Assembly: GCA_051003195.1 (NCBI GenBank)
Contig: JBPCLP010000058.1
Span: 1-64,000 of the forward strand
Reading direction: 5' to 3'
Length of the DNA: 64,000 bases
Origin: Candidatus Sumerlaeaceae bacterium
GTDB taxonomy: Bacteria > Sumerlaeota > Sumerlaeia > Sumerlaeales > Sumerlaeaceae
The first letter of the stretch is position 1. Every line of letters begins with the position of its first letter. The translations under genes were made by a program, and so were the position numbers. The notes under the pieces are model-generated. The model did not search any database and was not told where the DNA came from. It was given only the letters and a program-made list of their open reading frames with translations. Shown here piece by piece: positions 51,303-59,255 of this stretch.

Positions 51303-52310
51303 CTAAGCGCTTCCTTTGCGCCGCGGCTTTCCTGCCTTCTTCGGCAACTTAAACCCGAACTGGTTTAGGTCGAATTCCTTTTTGCGCCAGTCTTTGCGGA
51401 CCTTAACCCACAGTTCCAGATAGGCAGGCCGGCCGGTGGTCTTCTCAATCTCGCGCCTTGCGTCCTGGCCTATCTGCTTCAGCACTTCGCCGCCTTTACC
51501 GATGAGAATCCCTTTCTGGGAATCACGCTCGACGATGATTACGATGCGTATATAATCCTTGTCGACGCGCTCGGTGAATTCTTCGACCTCGGTATATACC
51601 GAGTAGGGAATCTCAGCGCCGGTTCTTCTGAAAACTTTTTCCCGGACAGTTTCAGCAGCGAGAAAACGGAGATCGCGATCTGAAAGCTGTTCGGCATCGT
51701 AATACATTGGACCGGGTGGCAGCCGTTTCACCGTTTCTTCAATCAGGGTGTCGAGGCCTTTTCGTTTCAGTGCAGAAATCAGGAAGATTGCATCGTAGTT
51801 TCGGGGCTCCAGTTCAGCCGGTAAGGGTGGTCGGCCCGATTTGCCCGGGCCGCGCAATTTGTCTACTTTGTTTACCACGAGGAACTTTGCAGTGCCGGGT
51901 GATGCACGGCGCAGAATTTCTGATAGACGCTGATTTGCGGGTTCGCGATCCTGCGCATCGACGAGGTGGTAGACGACGTCCACCTCTTCGAGTGCCTCAG
52001 CAGCGCGCGACATAAGGACTTCGTTAAAACGATCCTGCGGCACCAACACGCCGGGTGTGTCGAGAAAGACGATCTGGAACCCGGTCGTCGTAAATATTCC
52101 GGTAATTTTGTCGCGGGTGGTCTGCGGCTTGTCCGAGGTTATGGCTATCTTTTCACCGACAATTGAATTCAACAAAGTGGACTTGCCCGCGTTCGGCTTG
52201 CCGAGAATAACTACATACCCTGAACGAAAAGGGGGCGGCGTCGCTGCTGTGTCGGCCGTTGAACTTTGCTCTTTCAAAGCGCTTCTTGAGAACCCCGCAT
52301 GATCTGGCAT
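51303..52310 (-). CDS. era: GTPase Era
   Basis: GKPNAGKSTL, KPQTTR, DTPG, NKVD, EIPYS, KH domain GKGG, LELWVKV. Confidence 0.97.
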   Translation of the reverse strand: MPDHAGFSRSALKEQSSTADTAATPPPFRSGYVVILGKPNAGKSTLLNSIVGEKIAITSDKPQTTRDKITGIFTTTGFQIVFLDTPGVLVPQDRFNEVLMSRAAEALEEVDVVYHLVDAQDREPANQRLSEILRRASPGTAKFLVVNKVDKLRGPGKSGRPPLPAELEPRNYDAIFLISALKRKGLDTLIEETVKRLPPGPMYYDAEQLSDRDLRFLAAETVREKVFRRTGAEIPYSVYTEVEEFTERVDKDYIRIVIIVERDSQKGILIGKGGEVLKQIGQDARREIEKTTGRPAYLELWVKVRKDWRKKEFDLNQFGFKLPKKAGKPRRKGSA

Positions 52311-52407
52311 CTAAAGTGTGAAACGTTTGTGGGCGCGTTATGCGGCCCGGTCAAGCTGCACCTCGCTCCGGCCCGCATGACGAGCAAAAAACGTGAGGAG
52401 AGTATTG

Positions 52408-52836
52408 ATGAGAAGATCATTCATTGCCGCGGCAATGAGTCTGGCAGTTGTGGCGGCAGCCGTGCCGTGCTCAGGAGCAGAGGCTGTAAAGACCTCGGCT
52501 GTCACGAAGGATAAGCTGGGGCAGCAGGTGACCGTGGAAGGAAAGACGTCCTCTTTCCGTGCTTCGCGCGGTGAAAAATCCCCGAGTTCCTTTATGCTCA
52601 AAGATTCCGCCGGTGAAGTACGGATCGTGATCTGGCCGGATATCTATGGGCAGATCACGGGAAAGGAAGCACTCGAAAAGGACGGCACCCAGGTGACCAT
52701 CGAAGGCGAAGTGGCAGAATACCGCGAGAAAATTGAACTCCACCTCAATAACGCTTCTGGCGTGAAAATCAGCTCCGACGATGCAACAACGTCCGATTCG
52801 TCAGGATCCGACAAGACTACGACGTCGGCAAGATAG
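52408..52836 (+). CDS. exported OB-fold protein
   Basis: GAGGAG ribosome-binding site, signal peptide, VTVEGK..LKDSAGEVRIVIW..VTIEGEV.EYR..IEL OB-fold pattern. Confidence 0.75.
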   Translation: MRRSFIAAAMSLAVVAAAVPCSGAEAVKTSAVTKDKLGQQVTVEGKTSSFRASRGEKSPSSFMLKDSAGEVRIVIWPDIYGQITGKEALEKDGTQVTIEGEVAEYREKIELHLNNASGVKISSDDATTSDSSGSDKTTTSAR

Positions 52837-52838
52837 CT

Positions 52839-52881
52839 AAACAAAAGGATCGGGGTAGCCGCTACGAGCGCGCCCCGATCC
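52839..52881 (-). terminator. intrinsic terminator with its U-tract on the minus strand
   Basis: Perfect 9-bp stem GGATCGGGG/CCCCGATCC (52847-52881), followed by TTTTGTTT on minus. Confidence 0.75.
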
Positions 52882-52958
52882 GCTTCTAATGCCGGGTGGA
52901 GTTTGCCTGCCGCGTTCTATCGGCCACCGCCCAACAATTCCCTCTTCTTCACGAACGT
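52840..52958 (-). ncRNA. candidate sigma54-dependent small RNA (about 115 nt)
   Basis: Bounded by a consensus -24/-12 promoter and a same-strand terminator; no credible ORF inside. Confidence 0.45.
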
Positions 52959-52968
52959 GCAAACAAAC

Positions 52969-52984
52969 TGCAAGTCCGGTGCCA
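52969..52984 (-). promoter_or_regulatory. sigma54 (-24/-12) promoter
   Basis: Minus strand reads TGGCAC-CGGAC-TTGCA, matching TGGCAC-N5-TTGCW. Confidence 0.65.
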
Positions 52985-53124
52985 GCGAATTTCCGTTGTA
53001 ATAATTTCAAGGCCCTTATTTTTCAAGCGACGCTCTATCTAATCCTATTTCAGGAACGTTTTAACGCGGTTGAAACCGTGCCAATTGCCCAGCGGGGCCT
53101 GGTTCAGAAATTCTCACCCCGGCA

Positions 53125-53550
53125 TTCTAGTTCTTTATATTATAAGAAATAATGCCTTAATAAACAGCAGTATGTTTTAGGGCCTGTTGAAAGGGTGAAA
53201 AGTGGCTTAAGCTTTTCGGATTCAACAATGTAGATACCGTTAAAACCTGCGGACAATAAACTAGATCCTCCACATGAAGGGGCTTTGCGGGTAATGGAAA
53301 CGGTGGGAAGGCCGCTTCCACACATTTGCGGAAACATGCTGTGGGGAAGCACGTCACGATACTGCGATGAACCGAAACTAAGTACCTGATTTTCTATTTC
53401 GGGAAGCTGAGGAAAATCCGCGCTTTATCCACAAACTCACAGGGTTTCCCACAGGTTCAGTGAATTGTGGAACAACTTGGATAGCCCCCGATGCAATGCT
53501 TTTATTGTTATTTAGGTGGAATTTTTCGGTTGAAAATATGGATTACAGGC
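53125..53550. other. probable chromosomal replication origin (oriC)
   Basis: Perfect DnaA box TTATCCACA at 53425-53433; degenerate boxes at 53185, 53219, 53229, 53248, 53266, 53286, 53314, 53340, 53445, 53466; AT-rich tract at about 53130-53180; gene-free. Confidence 0.75.
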
Positions 53551-53637
53551 TCTCGAAATAGAGTCGTTAGCGGGGGAAGTGCAGACTCCACCTGTGGTTG
53601 GCGCGCTTCGTGAATACCGACAGCTTGACGTTGGCTG

Positions 53638-54333
53638 CTATCTCAGGAATCGCTGGCAGTTTGGACACTGTAAAAGCTCGTCGCCACTCTTAGCTTTTAT
53701 GGCTAGTTGCGCTACAAGGACATTACCGCAGCCCGCACAGGCTCCCTTATCAGTGCCGGCGACAGCGGTAGGTCCGTGCCGCTTCCGCAGCCACTCATAG
53801 GTTTCCAGCAGGTCCTCTCCGAGGCGGTTGGCGGCAGCAATGCGATCTCCCTGCAAGGCCTTCGAAAGTTCGGCCTTTTGTTTACGCAGCGTTTCCAGAC
53901 GGGTTTGTTCAGCAGTCGCTTTGGTTTCAAGTTGCTTCTCCTGCCGCAATTTCAACGTACCAGAACTCGCCAGCGCGTCCTCTTTGTCGATCAATGCAAG
54001 GATTCGCTCTTCCAGGCTATCTATACTTGATTGCGCGCCTTGCGCCTCGTGCTCCAGTGCTTCAGCTTCTTTGGCCGTGCGCACTTGTTCCTGCTGCTGC
54101 CGAAATCGGGACAGTCGAGCTTCGGAGTCCTTTAGCTCCGCTTCTAATTTTCTGCGTTCGGCTGCAGCTGCATGGATTTCCTTCTCGTGTTTCTGGTTTG
54201 CGGCTGCACGCCTTGCGCGCTCGCGCTTGAGGCCTTCAAAAACCGGTTCGAACCTCCGAAGATCCTCCTGAAGACGAGCCAGTTCCTGGTCGAGTTCCTG
54301 CAGGTGAAGCATAGACTTCAGTTGTTCGTTCAC
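53638..54333 (-). CDS. coiled-coil protein with C-terminal C4 zinc ribbon (DUF164/zf-RING_7)
   Basis: L..LQELD, long coiled coil, YE..R...G..AVA, CAGC...CPNCQR. Confidence 0.9.
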   Translation of the reverse strand: MNEQLKSMLHLQELDQELARLQEDLRRFEPVFEGLKRERARRAAANQKHEKEIHAAAAERRKLEAELKDSEARLSRFRQQQEQVRTAKEAEALEHEAQGAQSSIDSLEERILALIDKEDALASSGTLKLRQEKQLETKATAEQTRLETLRKQKAELSKALQGDRIAAANRLGEDLLETYEWLRKRHGPTAVAGTDKGACAGCGNVLVAQLAIKAKSGDELLQCPNCQRFLR

Positions 54334-55523
54334 TTGCGTCGAGTCTGCTTTCGTGGTTTTGGTGAAGGGGCAGGTGTTTCAGCTTCCGCAGTATCTTGGC
54401 GCGGTAACGACAGAAGCCACGGCTCAGGGAAATCCGTATACGGTATAAGCTGTAGTGCGCTCTCGGCGATTATTAATTCGGAGCCGAACTGCTTGCAGAA
54501 GTAGGGTGCGAACACGCGTTCACTGGCAGCGTGACCCACAGCGACTACGCTGATTCCGCGCTGCAACGCATCCAGAGTCAGGTGGTAGGTCAACTCGCCC
54601 GTGACGAGAACGTCGGCCACCGCCGGCGTCACGAGCGCCGAGCAGCCGCCCGCGCTTCCCGTGCAGACGGATACACGCTTCACCGTACTTCCAGGATCTC
54701 CGGCAAACGTTACGAATTCTGCGCCGATCTGGTTGCGCACATTGTTGGCGAACTGGCGCAAAGTCGTTTTGCTCGGAAGGATTCCGACTGCACCGAGGCC
54801 GTACTTTGGGTCGGCGTCGTGCAACGGAAAGATGTCGTACGCGACTTGTTCGTAGGGATGCGCCTGGCGAACTTCATGCAAGAGTGAACGCAGGGCACGG
54901 CGAGGTACCAGCGTCTCAATTCGGTCTTCTTCCACCTGCTCGAACTTGCCTTCGCGTCCCACAAAAGGATTTGCGCCGTGCTGAGGCACGTACGTTCCGG
55001 TGCCAGGCGCACGGAACGTGCAGTGGGAATACTGGCCGATACGCCCCCCGCCCCCACGGTGGATTGCCTCAATGAGCTTCGGTGTGTAATCGCGCGGTAC
55101 AAAGACGGTGAACTTATAAAGCTCGTCGACGGTTGCGGGTTCTAGTATGATCGGATCCTGCAAACCAAGCAACGCAGCGACCGCCCCGTTGGTGCCGCGC
55201 AGGACTCGATCAAGATTGGTATGCGCCGCGATGAGTGCGATGCTCGACTGGATCAGTTCCATCTGCAGCCTGCCAGCGAGCGTATCCGTCGTGACATTAC
55301 GCTGTGGCTTGAAAATGAGGGGATGATGGGTAAGGATTGCCTCTGCCTTTTGGGCTATCGCAAAGCCCAGGACGCGATCGTTCAACTCAAGTGCCACCAC
55401 GAGGCGTTCGATTTGCGCGGCTGGATTGCCTATCTGCAGCCCCACATTATCCCACTCGTACGCGAGCCGGAACGGCGCAAAATCGTCGATGGCCGCGGTC
55501 AGTTTGGCCAGAGTTAGTGGCAC
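54330..55523 (-). CDS. Nif3-like dinuclear metal-centre hexameric protein with PII-like insert
   Basis: WDNVGLQIG, THHPLIF, AHTNLD, G.IGQYSHC, HPYEQ.AYD, GHAASE; likely GTG start at 55523. Confidence 0.92.
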   Translation of the reverse strand: MPLTLAKLTAAIDDFAPFRLAYEWDNVGLQIGNPAAQIERLVVALELNDRVLGFAIAQKAEAILTHHPLIFKPQRNVTTDTLAGRLQMELIQSSIALIAAHTNLDRVLRGTNGAVAALLGLQDPIILEPATVDELYKFTVFVPRDYTPKLIEAIHRGGGGRIGQYSHCTFRAPGTGTYVPQHGANPFVGREGKFEQVEEDRIETLVPRRALRSLLHEVRQAHPYEQVAYDIFPLHDADPKYGLGAVGILPSKTTLRQFANNVRNQIGAEFVTFAGDPGSTVKRVSVCTGSAGGCSALVTPAVADVLVTGELTYHLTLDALQRGISVVAVGHAASERVFAPYFCKQFGSELIIAESALQLIPYTDFPEPWLLSLPRQDTAEAETPAPSPKPRKQTRRK

Positions 55524-55685
55524 GATTGGCCATCTCGATCTACAGAGCAGCCTTGTATCACTCGCCGTGCCCGGTTGTTTCTGTATGTGTGTTCGCCTGC
55601 ATTCTGTTTCCTGAGCAATAGTTGTTGATGCTCGTGCCACATTGGCTGCTATCAGCGCTGTGAATTTCGCTTAGATGGGAAAGCT

Positions 55686-57098
55686 TTGAATTCGTCACGG
55701 ACGCTTGTCATCATTGTTAACTGGAATAAAGCAGCGGTGCTCGACACGATGCTGTCCAGTCTTGAAGCAAGTGGCCCGCGGGAGTTCGATGCGGTGCTGG
55801 TAGACAACGCATCGACGGATAACTCGGTGCGCCTTGTGCGGGAAAAGCACCCGTGGGTGGAGGTGCTTGAGAACCCCGAAAACCTCGGCGGAACGGGTGG
55901 CTTTAATCGCGGGATGACTTATGGCCTTCAACATCCAGGCAATTACGAGTATTTCTGGCTGCTGGATAACGATGTTTACGTCCATCCCGGCGCTTACCGC
56001 GCGCTGTTGCAACCGATGCTGGATAACGAGCGAATCGGAATGGTGGGGGCTGCAATCCTGCTGATGAGCGACCCGTCGCAGGTGCAGGAAGCGGGCGTGC
56101 GGATTGTTTGGAGTACAGGCGCATTCGAAAGAAATGGCGGTGGTCCACTGGCCAATGTGGAACAGAATGCGCTGCTGGAGTCGGACTTCGTGCCCGCGTG
56201 TTCATGCCTGGTACGCGTCGCGGCAATTCGAGAAGTGGGAATATGGGATCCTGCTTTTTTCCTGATGTGGGACGACATCGAATGGGGTATACGATTCACG
56301 CGTGCTGGATGGAAGGTTGTCGCGGCAACGGATGCATTGGTGCGTCATGAAAGCTACGACAACAGGCGCGCAAAAAGCCCGTCGTGGATCGGCTATATCT
56401 GGCTGCGGAATAGCCTTTATACGTTCCGGAATCACGCTGTTGGCGCGAACCGCCTGTCTATTTTCTTCAACATTTTCCGGCAAACGCTGACACTGCTTGA
56501 TAACTGCGCAGCTGGCGGGCGCGAATCGGAGCACCGGGCCCTGCGCCAGGCGATCTCGGATTTTTTTCTCAATCGCATGGGGAAGCCGCCACAGGAACTG
56601 TACTCCGCCGCGTCCGTCCAGGTAAGCGGCGCGTCTGAAAAACCCGCTCAACTACGCAATGTCGCGCTGCTGGTGACTGACAACGCAGACGCAGCTCGTC
56701 AGAGGTATTCACAGTTGAAGTCCGATTATCCAGACGCGCAAATATCGTGCATCGTGACGCAACTTCGCCCGGAGCTGCTGGCTGAAGACCTTCCGAACCG
56801 CAAGTTGCAGAGCGTCGATTCGCTGTTTAAGCGGCTGAGCTTTGCCCTTAAGCTGGCGCTCCGCTATGACGCAGCGGCAAACGCATCCAATCAGCCTCAG
56901 TATCTGTACGTGAAGCTGGCGAGAATGCTGCTTCAGTTTGAGGATGAACACCGCTATTTTGCCGTTCGCCGTGACTTGCCGGCAACACTGTGGCTAATTG
57001 CCAAGCGGCCATTTCTCTGGCTGCGCGCCGCCATATATGCTGTGCGGGCGTCTCGGCTGAAACCGGTGCCGGTAAACTATCACTTCTGGCGGACCTGA
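55686..57098 (+). CDS. GT2 glycosyltransferase
   Basis: IIVNWN, VDNASTD, NLGGTGGFN, LLDND, FFLMWDDIEW. Confidence 0.9.
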   Translation: MNSSRTLVIIVNWNKAAVLDTMLSSLEASGPREFDAVLVDNASTDNSVRLVREKHPWVEVLENPENLGGTGGFNRGMTYGLQHPGNYEYFWLLDNDVYVHPGAYRALLQPMLDNERIGMVGAAILLMSDPSQVQEAGVRIVWSTGAFERNGGGPLANVEQNALLESDFVPACSCLVRVAAIREVGIWDPAFFLMWDDIEWGIRFTRAGWKVVAATDALVRHESYDNRRAKSPSWIGYIWLRNSLYTFRNHAVGANRLSIFFNIFRQTLTLLDNCAAGGRESEHRALRQAISDFFLNRMGKPPQELYSAASVQVSGASEKPAQLRNVALLVTDNADAARQRYSQLKSDYPDAQISCIVTQLRPELLAEDLPNRKLQSVDSLFKRLSFALKLALRYDAAANASNQPQYLYVKLARMLLQFEDEHRYFAVRRDLPATLWLIAKRPFLWLRAAIYAVRASRLKPVPVNYHFWRT

Positions 57099-58253
57099 GT
57101 GCGTATCCAGTACTCAAGTCATGGGGGTCAGCACTGGAGAGAATTCGACGGCAGGCTGCGACCCGTTGCCAGACTAGCTCTATGGCGCCGCCTGGTCTAT
57201 CGCGCAACGCACCTGCTGCTGGTGCCGGTGGGCCTCCTGGTGATTCTGGCCATGAGACTGGGATTACGTTGGCTTGGAGGTAAAACGCAGGCAGTCTCGA
57301 CGGTGGGACGGATTCCGGCGGGAGATCGTGCGGTCGCTCCAGAATGGCTTTGTAGCGAAGACGCGCAGCCCGACGTTTCGATCGTAGTTCCGTTTTTTAA
57401 CCGAACGGACGAGGTGGAGGCGTGCATCGGGTCACTACTGCAGTTAAAGCTCCCGCCAGGTAAAAGAGCTGAGATCATTGCGGTGGATAACGGATCTACT
57501 GACGGTACAGCGGAGGAATTGCGTCGGTTTCCGATCCGCATTCTGAGCTGTGAGACTCCCGGTCCGTCTGCTGCACGAAATGCAGGCTGGAAATCGGCGC
57601 GCGGCGAAATTGTCGCATTCACTGACAGCGACTGCGCGGTCGACCCGGCGTGGCTGAAAACCCTGTTGCCGGAATTTTCGAATCCGGACGTCCTGTTTGC
57701 GGGCGGCTACATCGAAGCGAAGCACATGGAAACCGGTCCGGCTTACGCATCCCAGATATTTAATTTCCTGGATAACGAAACGTTCTTTCGAGGAAATGCC
57801 TACTTTCCGCCATTCCTCGCGACAGCGAATGCGTTGTATCGACGCGAAGCGCTTCAGCGTTGCGGCGGCTTCGATGAGAGTATCTGGATGAGTGAAGATG
57901 CGGACTTGAGCTGGCGCGTGTTGGATTTAGGCGGAACCGCTATTTACGAGCGAGCGGCGAAAATTCGCCACTCGCACCGCGAGACGGTGCAAGGCCTCTG
58001 GCAGCAGGCCGTCGGCTATGGTGAAGCCAGTGTTGCCGTCTTTGCGAAGCACCGGCGAAGATTTGGATCGTGGGGGGCGGTGGACTGGGTGCATTGGCGC
58101 ATGCTGGCCTGGTTACCCTGGGACGTACTTTGGTGTGCGCTAACGAAACGCGGGATAGAACGCACTGCGCCGGTTTACCTGCTGGTGTGGGATGCGGGGT
58201 TTGCACTCGGCTGCATAGTCGGATCCCTGCGGCGGCGCGTTGTTTACCTTTAA
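57099..58253 (+). CDS. GT2 glycosyltransferase, membrane-anchored
   Basis: SIVVPFFN, VDNGSTD, GPSAARN.G, FTDSDC, GGFDE..SEDADL. Confidence 0.9.
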   Translation: MRIQYSSHGGQHWREFDGRLRPVARLALWRRLVYRATHLLLVPVGLLVILAMRLGLRWLGGKTQAVSTVGRIPAGDRAVAPEWLCSEDAQPDVSIVVPFFNRTDEVEACIGSLLQLKLPPGKRAEIIAVDNGSTDGTAEELRRFPIRILSCETPGPSAARNAGWKSARGEIVAFTDSDCAVDPAWLKTLLPEFSNPDVLFAGGYIEAKHMETGPAYASQIFNFLDNETFFRGNAYFPPFLATANALYRREALQRCGGFDESIWMSEDADLSWRVLDLGGTAIYERAAKIRHSHRETVQGLWQQAVGYGEASVAVFAKHRRRFGSWGAVDWVHWRMLAWLPWDVLWCALTKRGIERTAPVYLLVWDAGFALGCIVGSLRRRVVYL

Positions 58254-58361
58254 GTCCTGTCTGGCCGTGAATCTTGCTGTGGGTTGGACATAGAGGATGA
58301 TACTTCTGCCGGCCCCACGCAGCGAATCGGGGACAGTAGAGAGCACGGACAGGAGTGGCTG

Positions 58362-59246
58362 GTGCGCGACATCGTTTACGTAAATGGTCGTTATCTGCCT
58401 CGCGATGAGGCACTGATAAGCGTGGAAGATAGAGGTTACCAATTCGGTGACGGCGTTTACGAAGTGGTCCGGTTTCAGGGGCGGCGCGGTTTGCGATTAC
58501 GTGCGCACCTGGAGCGCCTGGAGCGTAGCAGTGATGAGCTGCGGATCGTCGGCGGGCCCTCGGCGGAGGAATGGACCACGATTCTGGAACGTCTCATGGA
58601 CGAGTGTGAGCTCGCAGACGATACGCGCGTGTGGTCGCTGTATCAGCAAGTATCCAGGGGCGTGTGCGCAAGGAACCACATATTTCCGAAAACGCCATTC
58701 GAACCATCGTCAGTGGCCTATTTCAGGCCGGCGCCTCAATATAGTGCTGCACAGCGCGAGGAGGGCATCGCTCTCTCGACCCAGCAGGATGAGCGTTGGG
58801 AGCGGTGTCATATCAAAACGGTCTGCCTCTTACCGGTTGTTTTGGCCAAACAGGCTGCTGCTGAAGCCGGTGCCTTTGAGGCGCTCCTGGTGCGCGATGG
58901 CAAAGTGACGGAAGGCGGCGCGACAAACGCCTACAGCGTGCGCGACGGTGTCGTCTGGACGCATCCGGAAGGAAAACATATTCTGTCGGGCGTTACGCGC
59001 TGCATGGTTATGGAAGCAGCAGAGCGATCGGGGGTCGAGGTTCGGGAGGAATCGGTTTCGATTGAAGAGTTCCGTTCAGCCGAGGAGGCGTTTCTCAGCA
59101 GCACCACGATGGATATCATGCCCGCAACGCAGCTCGACGGAAAACCGATCGGCACGGGCAAAGTTGGCGAAGTCACGCGCAAGCTGGTTGCCGCGATCAA
59201 TGACATTGTCGCCCGGGAGTTTAGCCCAGTAGCCGAAGTTCGTTAG
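58362..59246 (+). CDS. class IV PLP aminotransferase (D-alanine aminotransferase-like)
   Basis: EDRGYQFGDGVYEV, HLERL, RW.RC.IKT, EGGATN, ILSGVTR; AGGAG before the GTG at 58362. Confidence 0.9.
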   Translation: MRDIVYVNGRYLPRDEALISVEDRGYQFGDGVYEVVRFQGRRGLRLRAHLERLERSSDELRIVGGPSAEEWTTILERLMDECELADDTRVWSLYQQVSRGVCARNHIFPKTPFEPSSVAYFRPAPQYSAAQREEGIALSTQQDERWERCHIKTVCLLPVVLAKQAAAEAGAFEALLVRDGKVTEGGATNAYSVRDGVVWTHPEGKHILSGVTRCMVMEAAERSGVEVREESVSIEEFRSAEEAFLSSTTMDIMPATQLDGKPIGTGKVGEVTRKLVAAINDIVAREFSPVAEVR

Positions 59247-59255
59247 CCGAACCGA

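Noticed and set aside
53580..53637. RNase P RNA, often found downstream of Nif3/zinc-ribbon genes
   Set aside because: No GAGGAAAGTCC-type conserved motif, and the region is occupied by DnaA boxes
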